The notes below the pieces were generated by a model. The model was given only the letters and a program-made list of their open reading frames with translations. It did no database searches and was not told the origin of the DNA. Made by a program: the position numbers and the translations under genes. 64,000 nucleotides of DNA from Patescibacteria group bacterium (lineage in GTDB: Bacteria; Patescibacteriota; Microgenomatia; JAMCZE01), in contig JAMCZE010000010.1 of NCBI GenBank assembly GCA_023485845.1, forward strand, positions 89,448-153,447, read 5' to 3'. How positions within the stretch are numbered: position 1 is the first letter of the stretch; each line of letters starts with the position of its first letter. Shown in pieces: positions 38,647 to 47,782 of the stretch.

Positions 38647-39078
38647 TCAATGGTAACCGGTTGTTCCCAACATTCCACGGGACCTCTTTGCCCGCATCTT
38701 GTCAACTTCCTCAAACTGCGCAATAGCTATTCGAACAAAAATTCCCTGGGCAATTCTGGTGCCGGACGCAATTTCCACCTCTTTATCGGTGATGTTTAAC
38801 GCTTGGATGTGAATCTCGTCCTTATCACCGGAAAAATCCTGATCGACAATACCGGGAATTATCATTAATCCAAATTTATGTGCAGTAGATCCCCGACTAT
38901 TAACCAGAAGAAAATGCCCCTTGGGAACAGCAACAGCAATATTTGCCGGCACCACCCTAAACTCACGTGGGGCAAATTTTTCATTGTTCCGAAGACTTAA
39001 ATCAAAACCCACTGCCCCGGGAGTTTTATATCCCGGCAGCGGTAAATTTTTATCAAACCTTTTTACCTCAATTTTCAT
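38647..39078 (-). CDS. dut: dUTPase / dCTP-deaminase-fold protein
   Basis: GFDLSL, RSS-like and GIVDQDFSGD motifs typical of the trimeric dUTPase fold. Confidence 0.7.
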   Translation of the reverse strand: MKIEVKRFDKNLPLPGYKTPGAVGFDLSLRNNEKFAPREFRVVPANIAVAVPKGHFLLVNSRGSTAHKFGLMIIPGIVDQDFSGDKDEIHIQALNITDKEVEIASGTRIAQGIFVRIAIAQFEEVDKMRAKRSRGMLGTTGYH

Positions 39079-39331
39079 TTTTTATTTTAAGACAGGCTTC
39101 GAGAAATCCTAGAACCAGGGGGCAGAGGGTTTTTCTTCAGACGTTTCCGGGGGTGGTGAGGCGTAGCCCCCTCTTAATCTAATAATATTTGCTACTTTCA
39201 TAGCCCGAATCTGTTCTTGCTTCAACATCTCAGACACACCACTTGGGGTAACATCTGAGAGGAGAAGTCTTTTTCCGTTTTCCCCACAAGGAAGTAATTT
39301 AATTTCAGTGCGCATGATAAAAGATAACAAA

Positions 39332-41239
39332 TTATTTGGGTTTTGTCCAGGAGGCAAAATCACAATCTGGGTAGCGGGAGCAGCCATAGAAGGACCTTTT
39401 GCTGCGAGTCTTTCTGATAATCACGTCGCCCTGGCCGCACTTCGGGCATTTCATTTCCAACTTTTGCTGGAACGCCTTAGTGAATTTGCAATCAGGAAAT
39501 TTGCTGCAGGCCAAAAACTTGCCGAACCGGCCGAGGCGCACCACCAGCGGCGCCCCATCGTTGGGGCAGACCTCATTGGTCGTTTCCACGGCCACTTTCA
39601 CCCGGGCGGCTGTTTCCCCGACTTCTTCCAATTGCTTGGCAAAGGGCTCGTAAAACTCACGGATGACCGGAACCCACTTAACTTCCCCGTTGGCAATCTG
39701 GTCCAGCTCATCTTCCATTTTAGCCGTGAACTGATAGTCCAGGATATTAGAAAAATTAGTCATGAGGAAATCCGTCACCGCATCACCCAACGTTGTCGGC
39801 AACAGTTTCTTGTCGGTCTTTTCCACATACTGACGGTCCTGGATGGTGGAGATAATCGGGGCATAAGTGGACGGCCGGCCGATGCCATATTCCTCCAGGG
39901 TCTTAATCAAGGACGCTTCCGTGTATCTTGTCGGGGGCTCAGTGTAATGCTGACTGGGAACAAGTTCCAATAATTTTAAAATTTGTCCCGTTGTTAATGT
40001 CGGCAACTCCGTTCCCTCATCTCGGACAAATAATTTCTGCCAGCCGTCAAACACCTGCTTATTGCCATTGGCTCGAAATAAATAGTCACCGGCTTTAATG
40101 TCCACCCCCGTTTGTTCATAAACGGCCTCGGCCATTTGACAGGCCACGAACCGATTCCAGATTAATTCATAAAGCCGCTTTTGATCCCTATCTAGTCCCT
40201 GATCCCTAGAACCTAGAACCTGGGTGGGTCTGATTGCTTCGTGCGCCTCTTGGGCCACTTTTGATTTGGTTTTGAAAAAACGCGCCGCCGCCGGCAGATG
40301 GTTTTGACCATATTGGCTGGAAATAAACTGACGGACAGCATCAACGGCGGCCGCCGCCAGATTTAAAGAATCGGTGCGGTGATAGGTGATCAGTCCCTGC
40401 TCATAAAGATTCTGGGCAATTTGCATCGTCCGGCGGGCACTCCAACCAAAAAGATTGCTGGCCGCCTGTTGCAAGGTGCTGGTGGTGAACGGCGGATAAG
40501 GTGATTTTTTAATCTCTCTTTTCTCCACCGTCTCCACCCTAAACTCGGCCGTCTTTAGGCCTTCAATTATTTTATCGGCCTCTTCTTTATTTTTAATTTC
40601 CGTTTTTGTCAGCTTGGCCTCAAAACCGGCAAATTTGGCCATTATTTCCCAATATTCCTGCGGGGCAAACGCTTTAATCTCCCGTTCCCGTTCCACAACG
40701 AGGCGAACCGCCACCGACTGCACCCGGCCGGCGGACATCCCTTTGCGCACTTTGCGCCAAAGCAGGGGTGAGAGTTTATAGCCCACTAACCGGTCCAGAA
40801 TCCGACGCGCCTGTTGGGCGTCAACCAAGGGCATATTAATTTCTCCAGGGTGGGCCAGGGCCTCTTTAATCGCGCTCTCGGTAATTTCATGGAAAGTTAT
40901 CCTCTGAAAATCTGGTGATCGTCTGGTTTTCATCTGGTTATCTGATAGTGTCTGTGCCAAGTGCCACGCGATCGCTTCTCCTTCCCGATCCGGATCGGTG
41001 GCCAGAATCACCGATTTGGTTTTTTTGGCCGCCGCCTCCAACTTGGCCACAGTTTCTTTATGCTTGGCGGAAACAACATAGGTGGGCGCAAACTCGTGCT
41101 CTATGTCAATTCCTAACTTGCTCTTAGGAAGGTCCCGAACATGGCCCATTGACGCTTCAATTTGGTAGCCCTCACCCAAAAATCGCGCCAGCGTCTTCGC
41201 CTTGGTTGGCGACTCAACAATTATCAGGTCCATAGCCAT
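39332..41239 (-). CDS. topA: DNA topoisomerase I
   Basis: Toprim N-terminus LIIVESPTKAKTL, catalytic Tyr region, C-terminal zinc ribbons. Confidence 0.9.
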   Translation of the reverse strand: MAMDLIIVESPTKAKTLARFLGEGYQIEASMGHVRDLPKSKLGIDIEHEFAPTYVVSAKHKETVAKLEAAAKKTKSVILATDPDREGEAIAWHLAQTLSDNQMKTRRSPDFQRITFHEITESAIKEALAHPGEINMPLVDAQQARRILDRLVGYKLSPLLWRKVRKGMSAGRVQSVAVRLVVEREREIKAFAPQEYWEIMAKFAGFEAKLTKTEIKNKEEADKIIEGLKTAEFRVETVEKREIKKSPYPPFTTSTLQQAASNLFGWSARRTMQIAQNLYEQGLITYHRTDSLNLAAAAVDAVRQFISSQYGQNHLPAAARFFKTKSKVAQEAHEAIRPTQVLGSRDQGLDRDQKRLYELIWNRFVACQMAEAVYEQTGVDIKAGDYLFRANGNKQVFDGWQKLFVRDEGTELPTLTTGQILKLLELVPSQHYTEPPTRYTEASLIKTLEEYGIGRPSTYAPIISTIQDRQYVEKTDKKLLPTTLGDAVTDFLMTNFSNILDYQFTAKMEDELDQIANGEVKWVPVIREFYEPFAKQLEEVGETAARVKVAVETTNEVCPNDGAPLVVRLGRFGKFLACSKFPDCKFTKAFQQKLEMKCPKCGQGDVIIRKTRSKRSFYGCSRYPDCDFASWTKPK

Positions 41240-41317
41240 AATGCTCCGCTAAGATTAGCACCCTTGTCAAGAACCAAATAATCTGATAGCATTCTCCTAT
41301 ACTCTGCCCCCAGGGAG

Positions 41318-41620
41318 GTGAAAACATTGAATTCCCAAACATTAACTATCGCCGTCGAACACGGACCGCAAGCTACTGTAAACATTCGTGAAGATGGTCG
41401 GGTTCACCTACACCTAGGTGGTCCGGAAGACTTGATGGCTCCAGGAATCATATTTGAGAAAGAAGGTAACCGAATAAACCTGACTTTAGGTGGTATTGGT
41501 TACGCTGACCCACAAGATGGAAAGCAGATAAAGACAGTCTCTAGCCCAGAGCCAGGGCAAACATTACAAGATGTGTTGGGCCACGTTCACTTTATGGTCA
41601 TGAACCACAAAAGTTTATGA
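41318..41620 (+). CDS. Hypothetical protein (about 97 aa; start likely TTG at 41327)
   Basis: ORF with GGGAGGTG Shine-Dalgarno. Confidence 0.4.
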   Translation: MKTLNSQTLTIAVEHGPQATVNIREDGRVHLHLGGPEDLMAPGIIFEKEGNRINLTLGGIGYADPQDGKQIKTVSSPEPGQTLQDVLGHVHFMVMNHKSL

Positions 41621-41723
41621 GGTAGAACCGGCTCCTTGAGAAATCAGATAATCGCACCCCGCTGAACCGGGGACGGTGAGGGCTTCGCGGCCTTGGTCTA
41701 ACGCCTGCCGGGCTTGTTGATGG
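41621..41723 (-). pseudogene. Degenerate duplicate of the dprA 3' end (about 34 codons)
   Basis: The minus-strand reading gives HQQARQALDQGREALTVPGSAGCDYLISQGAGST. The real DprA C-terminus at 42655-42760 reads ARLALDQGREVLAVPGSPGCDYLIAQGA. They share the 13-nt DNA identity CTTCGCGGCCTTG. Confidence 0.5.
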
Positions 41724-41804
41724 TTTAACGATTATCAAATCTGGCTGATCTGGCTGAATTCCCTAATTGACTTTTCGTTAAATAAAGGATATTATACAAG
41801 CACT

Positions 41805-41850
41805 GATTGGGCTGGATGGTGAATCCTGCACTGAAAAGTGCAGGTGCACC
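41805..41850 (+). ncRNA. Long imperfect hairpin with GAAA tetraloop (GGATGGTG-AAT-CCTGCACT-GAAA-AGTGCAGG-TG-CACCCATCC)
   Basis: Seen directly. No flanking U-run, so not a classical terminator. Confidence 0.3.
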
Positions 41851-41877
41851 CATCCGATAAAGCTCAATCTTTTTTTG

Positions 41878-42327
41878 TCACAAAACTAAACTTAAGATAT
41901 CTCCCGCTTTAACTATCTTATCCGCTTTTACCGTCTTTCTTAATACCGAAATAGCCAAAATATGACAATTTCTATTGCGTCCTACTAAGCCAAAGACAAT
42001 TTTCTCGCGGTCAAAACTTCTGTGCCCTGCCGCGCGAATAACTTGCAGAAGAAAATCTTTAATAAGACTCTCTTTCCTCCAATATTCTTTATCAATGACG
42101 AAACACGATGTTTTGTTTAGACTATCCTTAATTAACAGGTATAAAAGGGCAGTAAAAGTTTTATAAACAAAAATCTCAGGTTTTCCCGCCTGGCGGAACG
42201 AATTTTGAATTTTTCGCTTCTCTGACGCTTTAATTTTTAAACTAGCGCTCCCTCCATTTGATAAGGCCACCACTGTGTCCTGACTCGTGTACTCGACTTT
42301 TCCCGACTGGTCAATATAAACTTTCAC
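41878..42327 (-). CDS. Hypothetical protein (149 aa)
   Basis: ORF only. Confidence 0.4.
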   Translation of the reverse strand: MKVYIDQSGKVEYTSQDTVVALSNGGSASLKIKASEKRKIQNSFRQAGKPEIFVYKTFTALLYLLIKDSLNKTSCFVIDKEYWRKESLIKDFLLQVIRAAGHRSFDREKIVFGLVGRNRNCHILAISVLRKTVKADKIVKAGDILSLVL

Positions 42328-42654
42328 TCAGTCTAATGGTCTTCTAACCTTAACACTGCTGTCAAGGGCAAACTTAATCTTGACAATCCAAACAGCCTGT
42401 AATAATATTCAGTTATCTATTCTATAACTCTATGCCCGAAGACAGAAAAGAACATTTCCCAATTATTTCACTGACTCTTGCCTGTAAACATTACCTCCGA
42501 TATTTTGGCGGCCACAACCGCTTACTCCTTCTCCAAAATCCCGGCGAGCAACATATTTGTCCAGCTCATCCCGACGCGACTCAAAATTTCATAATAAATT
42601 CTAAAGAAGCCAGTCGGTTCACCTGCACAGGTTGCGCACTCAGCCACCACAAGG

Positions 42655-43269
42655 TCACAAAATCTTTACAGCCCCTTGCGCAATTAAATAGTCACAGCCG
42701 GGGGATCCCGGGACAGCGAGGACTTCGCGGCCTTGATCCAGAGCAAGTCGGGCGGTGATCAGCGCTCCGGATTTGAGCGGGGCTTCAATCACAATCACTG
42801 CTTGGGACAATCCCGAGATGATCCGGTTGCGGGCCGGGAACAGTTCCCGACTGACCCGCCGCCCGGGCGGCACTTCGGCGATAATCGCCCCACCGTGGGC
42901 GAGAATACTATTATATAGTTCCCGGTGCTGGGGCGGATAAACCACGTCCACCCCGGCGCCCAAAACGGCGATGGTTTGGCCATTGTTTTCAATCGCCGTT
43001 TGATGCGCCACCCCATCAATGCCCAAGGCCATGCCAGAACAAATTATAAATCTTTGTTTCACCAGCTCTTTAGTTATTTTCGCAGTATTTTTTTCTCCTT
43101 TTTTTGTCATTTTTCTTGTTCCCACTATGGCAATAATTTTCCCAGTGACTAACTTCCTCACTTCCTCACTTCCTAACTGGCTTTTAACGTATAGTGTTTT
43201 CGGCGGACAAAAAATATTTTTAAGCTGGGGCGGATAGCCTGCATCAGTGATTTTAAGAACTTCTACCAC
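42655..43269 (-). CDS. dprA: DNA-processing protein DprA/Smf (Rossmann core only)
   Basis: IAIVGTRKMT...GMALGIDGVAHQTAIENNGQTIAVLGAGVDVVYP signature. Confidence 0.8.
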   Translation of the reverse strand: MVEVLKITDAGYPPQLKNIFCPPKTLYVKSQLGSEEVRKLVTGKIIAIVGTRKMTKKGEKNTAKITKELVKQRFIICSGMALGIDGVAHQTAIENNGQTIAVLGAGVDVVYPPQHRELYNSILAHGGAIIAEVPPGRRVSRELFPARNRIISGLSQAVIVIEAPLKSGALITARLALDQGREVLAVPGSPGCDYLIAQGAVKIL

Positions 43270-43304
43270 TTCCTCAGATTATTAGGGAAAGTAATATCAC
43301 CATA

Positions 43305-43790
43305 ATGTCACCGAAAGATAAAGAACAACGCCTAAAAGAAGTCTACCACAATCTTAAAACCATGGTTGCTGCACACCCCGGGATCCATATTGAGGAAGTA
43401 GAGCAATTGCTCAGAACAGATTATAGATATAGTCTTGACGAGATTGTTGGCGCACTTGACCATGGGCTCGCGAACGATAACCGTATGACAAAGCGCTTGG
43501 GCGAGTCGGAAATGGTCTTTCAAGTTGATCGATCTGGACCAAGTGGGCAAAGGATCGGACGGCGGCTCTTCCTGCGCCAGGATGCTCCAGGACCGGAGAT
43601 GAATGTCATGGTAAGCGCGTTTAAAGTTGAAGGGGCTGATGATCTTGTGGCAACAACGGTGTCTCTATACCAACGTAAAGAGAGAATAGACCTACGGGGT
43701 TCTTCTGATGCTGGTGCCATAGAGCTTCTATCAAAACTTCTTGGGCGAAAAATAAATATTGACAGTTTACCTACTGAACCAGGCCGTTAA
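43305..43790 (+). CDS. Hypothetical protein (161 aa)
   Basis: ORF only. Confidence 0.4.
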   Translation: MSPKDKEQRLKEVYHNLKTMVAAHPGIHIEEVEQLLRTDYRYSLDEIVGALDHGLANDNRMTKRLGESEMVFQVDRSGPSGQRIGRRLFLRQDAPGPEMNVMVSAFKVEGADDLVATTVSLYQRKERIDLRGSSDAGAIELLSKLLGRKINIDSLPTEPGR

Positions 43791-45302
43791 AATGTTTTTG
43801 ACCAGGGGGGCGGCAACGGTGTCCCCTTCACCCCCACCTTCAACAAGCACAGTGACGGCAACCTGCCTGCCGGCAGGCAGGTCAGCTGGCCCATAGCCGG
43901 TTAGCCAGGCATGAGTTCGGTCCTGGGGATCACCGTATTCCGCCGTTCCCGTTTTACAGGCCAATTGATAGGGCGTGTTATGGACGGTAAAGTTAAACAG
44001 CGGCCAGGCTGTTCCCCCGGTGGCGCAAGCCGCCAACAGCCCCTGCCGAACCAAGTCTAAATTTCGCGGTTGGATGCCAATGTTTCGGCAGTTTGGCTGA
44101 CCAAGCAAATGCGGCTGGCAAACACTGCCGCCATTGGCAATCGTGGCGGTCCAGGAGTTAACTTGCAGGGGGGTGACCAGGAGATTCCCCTGGCCAATGG
44201 CCAGATGATAGGTGTCGCCCAAGAACCAATCCGATTTGAGCGCCAGATTGCCCCCCGCTTCTCCCGGCAGATCCACGCCCAGCGGCGCGTCTAATCCGAA
44301 CTTTTTTCCCCATTCGATGATTCCCTGAGCCCCAACCAAGCCGCCCACTTCATAGAAGAAAATGTCATTACTCTTTTGCAATGCCGACACGACATTTAGA
44401 TCACCTTGAGTCCCGCCGCCCCGCAAATAGAGCCAATTGGGAAATTTATACGGGCCAATAATTAATATGCCCGGATCAGTGATTTGGAAATTGGCGTCAA
44501 TCTTGCCCATCTCCAACCCAGCGGTGGCGGTGATGATCTTAAACGTTGAGCCGGCGGGATAGGTCCCAGCAATGGCCCGATCAAACAATGATTGGTTTGG
44601 ATCAGTGAAAATCTCCTTAATTTTGACCTGCCGATAGTCAGCCGGCAAAGTCAGGTCGGTGAAAACGTTCGGGTCAAAGGACGGAGCGCTGGCCAGCGCC
44701 AAAACCTCCCCGGTGGCGGGATTGGTGACCACCACCGCGCCGGTCACGTCCTTAATCTGCCCATAAGCGGCTTTTTGCAATTGGGCGTCTAGGCTGATCG
44801 TTAGGTCCTGGCCCGGGGTGGGCGGGACGGTCGCCAAAGTGCGCAGTTTATTTCCCATCGCGTCCACTTCAACAATCTCCTGCCCATCCTTGCCGGCCAA
44901 TCGATCTTCATATTGTTGTTCCAAACCGGACAGGCCAACAATTTTGTCGCCGGCAAAACCCACATAGCCCACCACATGGGCCGCGGCCGGACCCAAGGGA
45001 TAGCTTCTGGTGGAATCGGTTTCCGCAATCTGGCCATGGGCCATAGCCGCAATTGCCTGGGACTTGGAGATCTGCTGGCCAGAAAGTCGATAGGCCGGTA
45101 AATTAATGGTTAACGGCAGGCCGTTTCGATCATAGATAATACCGCGGGGGGCATGGATGGGGATGCGGCGCACCCGGTTGCCATCAGCCAGGGCACGAAA
45201 ATAGTTGCCTTGGAAAATTTGCAGGCGAAACAGTCCGGCCCACAGGACCAGAAACGCGGCCACCAAGACCACTTTGGCAAAGTTAGTAGGGAAGGAAACC
45301 AT
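43767..45302 (-). CDS. mrdA: Penicillin-binding protein 2-like transpeptidase
   Basis: N-terminal TM, STFK, SND-like KSND and KTGTA motifs. Lies in the mreBCD neighbourhood. Confidence 0.85.
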   Translation of the reverse strand: MVSFPTNFAKVVLVAAFLVLWAGLFRLQIFQGNYFRALADGNRVRRIPIHAPRGIIYDRNGLPLTINLPAYRLSGQQISKSQAIAAMAHGQIAETDSTRSYPLGPAAAHVVGYVGFAGDKIVGLSGLEQQYEDRLAGKDGQEIVEVDAMGNKLRTLATVPPTPGQDLTISLDAQLQKAAYGQIKDVTGAVVVTNPATGEVLALASAPSFDPNVFTDLTLPADYRQVKIKEIFTDPNQSLFDRAIAGTYPAGSTFKIITATAGLEMGKIDANFQITDPGILIIGPYKFPNWLYLRGGGTQGDLNVVSALQKSNDIFFYEVGGLVGAQGIIEWGKKFGLDAPLGVDLPGEAGGNLALKSDWFLGDTYHLAIGQGNLLVTPLQVNSWTATIANGGSVCQPHLLGQPNCRNIGIQPRNLDLVRQGLLAACATGGTAWPLFNFTVHNTPYQLACKTGTAEYGDPQDRTHAWLTGYGPADLPAGRQVAVTVLVEGGGEGDTVAAPLVKNILTAWFSR

Positions 45303-45480
45303 AAAGGATAATAATCATCACGAGAAAGACAGCTATTGTCAAGGCGTTTAGATGGAAACGCCGACGGTATTGCTTGAGAACAAAAACCGCCAGCAGCAGG
45401 AAGGCACTAGAAACCCCCAGCGTCCGGCCAGACACCACGTCGGCGATAAACCCCAGGATAAATACTAATAGGAAATAAAT
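45283..45480 (-). CDS. Possible short MreD-like two-TM membrane ORF with non-canonical start
   Basis: Hydrophobic 50-65-aa reading frame (IYFLLVFILGFIADVVSGRTLGVSSAFLLLAVFVL...) sits exactly between mreC and pbp2 and overlaps the pbp2 start. Only ATT or internal GTG starts are available. Confidence 0.3.
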   Translation of the reverse strand: MYFLLVFILGFIADVVSGRTLGVSSAFLLLAVFVLKQYRRRFHLNALTIAVFLVMIIILYGFLPY

Positions 45481-46232
45481 ACGGTCCCTAGCCTTTCAAA
45501 ATCCAGCGGAAAAGTAACGCTTGCTTGCTTGAAAAGGGCCGTCGAATCATTTTTGATTTCCCCCACCTGGCCGACGATTAAGCCGGGCCGGTAGGTCCCG
45601 CCCTCGCCGGACGTCATAATGGTGTCCCCAGATTGCAAATTTTCATTCTGGGCAATCTGGGTAATTATTGCTGAGGAATTAAATTGTCCTATAACAAGAC
45701 CGTGGGCTGTCCCAATAACCACCGGCACCTTGCTGTCTGAGTCGGTGGGCAGGGCCACAAAGCTTTCTCGGCCGGAAATCTTGGCCACCCGACCAATTAA
45801 ATAGTTCAAGTAAACCACCGTTTGCCCGACGGCCACCTTGTCCCCCGCTCCGACGCCAATTTCCAGATAGCGGCCCTGGCCCAAAACCGGGGCGGGCAGA
45901 AGTTTCTTCCCTAGTGATGCCGGCGCTCCCAACTGGGCGCGCAGGTCGGCGTTTTCTTTGGCCAAGGCATCGGCCCGGGCCTGCTGGCTGCCGGCCTCCG
46001 CCAGCCGCAGCTCCAAATTTTTAATTCGCGCCTCGCCAGATTTCCAGAAAGTCAAAAAAGAAAAAAGGTCAAAAGTGCTTTGTTGGACACTGTAAAGCGC
46101 CCCTTGCACCGGCACTGTCACCACCGTTGCCGCTGTTCTCACCGGTCCCAGCACCCCCACTTTATCCCCAATGAATATTAGTCCCGACAAAGTAAGAAGA
46201 ATAAGAAATATTCTCATCTGTTGTCTTGGCAT
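45465..46232 (-). CDS. mreC: Rod shape-determining protein MreC
   Basis: N-terminal TM, coiled-coil (LELRLAEAGSQQARADALAKENADLRAQL), two beta-rich lobes. Downstream of mreB. Confidence 0.7.
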   Translation of the reverse strand: MPRQQMRIFLILLTLSGLIFIGDKVGVLGPVRTAATVVTVPVQGALYSVQQSTFDLFSFLTFWKSGEARIKNLELRLAEAGSQQARADALAKENADLRAQLGAPASLGKKLLPAPVLGQGRYLEIGVGAGDKVAVGQTVVYLNYLIGRVAKISGRESFVALPTDSDSKVPVVIGTAHGLVIGQFNSSAIITQIAQNENLQSGDTIMTSGEGGTYRPGLIVGQVGEIKNDSTALFKQASVTFPLDFERLGTVFISY

Positions 46233-46541
46233 ACTTAATATAATAGCACTTAGCTTAATATGGCTTCACCTGTAAAGACTTGACTTTATCTTCCCCATAG
46301 TAAGTACTATCATTTTTAATTCTATTGGGGGTGACAAAATGCCGGAAGTGAAATCAGAAAAAAGGAGACCATATATCGGAGAAGTTGCACCGGGTGTTAT
46401 TTCTACCGGATGGTGAAACCATTTAGCTGGGATGAATTGGTCGAAAGGTTCGGTGAACAATATGGCGAGTGTACTGTGGATCATTCTGGAGAAGAAGGAT
46501 ATCAAACAGTTACTCCCCTTGTGAAGGGGTTGTGAGCAAGC

Positions 46542-47594
46542 CTATCTTAGTCCGCCGGTAACCCTGATGCGCTCGAGGAGTTTTTCGTCCATCAGGACTT
46601 TGCCCGTGCCGCGAACAACGGCCGTCATGGGGTCATCGGCCACCCACACCGGCATCTTAGTGGCATCGGCAATTGCCAGGTCAACATGGCGCAACAGACT
46701 GCCACCCCCCGCCAGCGCAATGCCGCGATTAAGCAGATCGGACACCAGCTCCGGCGGCGTTTCTTCAATTAAAGCGGTAATGGCGGCGATAATTTGCTGG
46801 ACCACCGGGGTCAACGCCTCGCGCAGGTCAGCGGAAGAGATCTTAATCGACTTAGGAAGACCTGTTTCCAAATCCCGGCCGCGAATAACTGCATACCTTT
46901 CTTCCTCTTTCTTGCCGGGAAAAGCATTGCCAATCTCAATTTTCACCGCCTCCGCTGTCGGCTGGCCAATTAAAACACCATAGCGCAGCCGCAAATAGGA
47001 AATGATCGCCTCGTCCATTTCGTCGCCGGCGATGCGGATGGATTTTTTCACCACAATTCCACCCAGGGAGGTGACGGCAATTTCCGTGGTCCCCCCGCCG
47101 ATGTCCACAATGATGCTGCCGGAAGATTCATTAATGGGAAGCCCGATGCCAATGGCCGCCGCCATGGGCTCTTCAATTAAGTAAGCTTTGCGCGCTCCGG
47201 CCGCCAGGGCCGCTCCCTGAACCGCCCGGCGCTCCACCTCGGTGACGCCGGAAGGAATCCCCACCACCACTTTTGGTTTGGGAATCTTGGGGATCATCCC
47301 CGGACTTTCATGAACTAGTTTGATATAGTGACTGAGCATCGCCGCCGTGGCGTCAAAATCGGCAATCACCCCGTCGGCCAAGGGGCGAATGATCTCCAGC
47401 GTCTCCGGTGCCCGGCCAAGCATTTTTTTGGCCTCTGAGCCAATGGCAATTGCCTTTTTGCTCTTCTTGTGCATGGCCACCACCGACGGTTCCCGGATAA
47501 TGATCCCACCGTCGCGGACCATCACCAGAGTGTTAGCCGTTCCCAAATCAATCCCCATGTCCCGGGTCAAAAGGCCGAAAAGGAAGTCAAACAT
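46542..47594 (-). CDS. mreB: Rod shape-determining protein MreB (actin-like ATPase)
   Basis: DLGTANTLV, GGGTTEIAV, full-length MreB similarity. Confidence 0.9.
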   Translation of the reverse strand: MFDFLFGLLTRDMGIDLGTANTLVMVRDGGIIIREPSVVAMHKKSKKAIAIGSEAKKMLGRAPETLEIIRPLADGVIADFDATAAMLSHYIKLVHESPGMIPKIPKPKVVVGIPSGVTEVERRAVQGAALAAGARKAYLIEEPMAAAIGIGLPINESSGSIIVDIGGGTTEIAVTSLGGIVVKKSIRIAGDEMDEAIISYLRLRYGVLIGQPTAEAVKIEIGNAFPGKKEEERYAVIRGRDLETGLPKSIKISSADLREALTPVVQQIIAAITALIEETPPELVSDLLNRGIALAGGGSLLRHVDLAIADATKMPVWVADDPMTAVVRGTGKVLMDEKLLERIRVTGGLR

Positions 47595-47782
47595 GACACG
47601 TTTATCCTATCATGAAGCAGAAATTTTTGACATATGCTAGCATTAAACTCGATGGATGAATTTAGGGGCTACAAAAGTCTGCCGTTTTATTGCCAGCAGG
47701 ATGATTTTATTAAAAACGGTGGCTTTCGGGAAAATCTGTTAAAAAAGAGACTGGAGTTTCGAAATAATGTTAGAATAAAATA

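Noticed and set aside
39308-39973. 221-aa plus-strand ORF
   Set aside because: It is antisense within topA and has no motifs. A shadow ORF.
46266-46505. 79-aa minus-strand ORF between mreB and mreC
   Set aside because: No Shine-Dalgarno or motif. The interval instead shows short plus-strand reading frames (MPEVKSEKRRPYIGEVAPGVISTGW and VKPFSWDELVERFGEQYGECTVDHSGEEGYQTVTPLVKGL). I could not resolve any of them into a gene.
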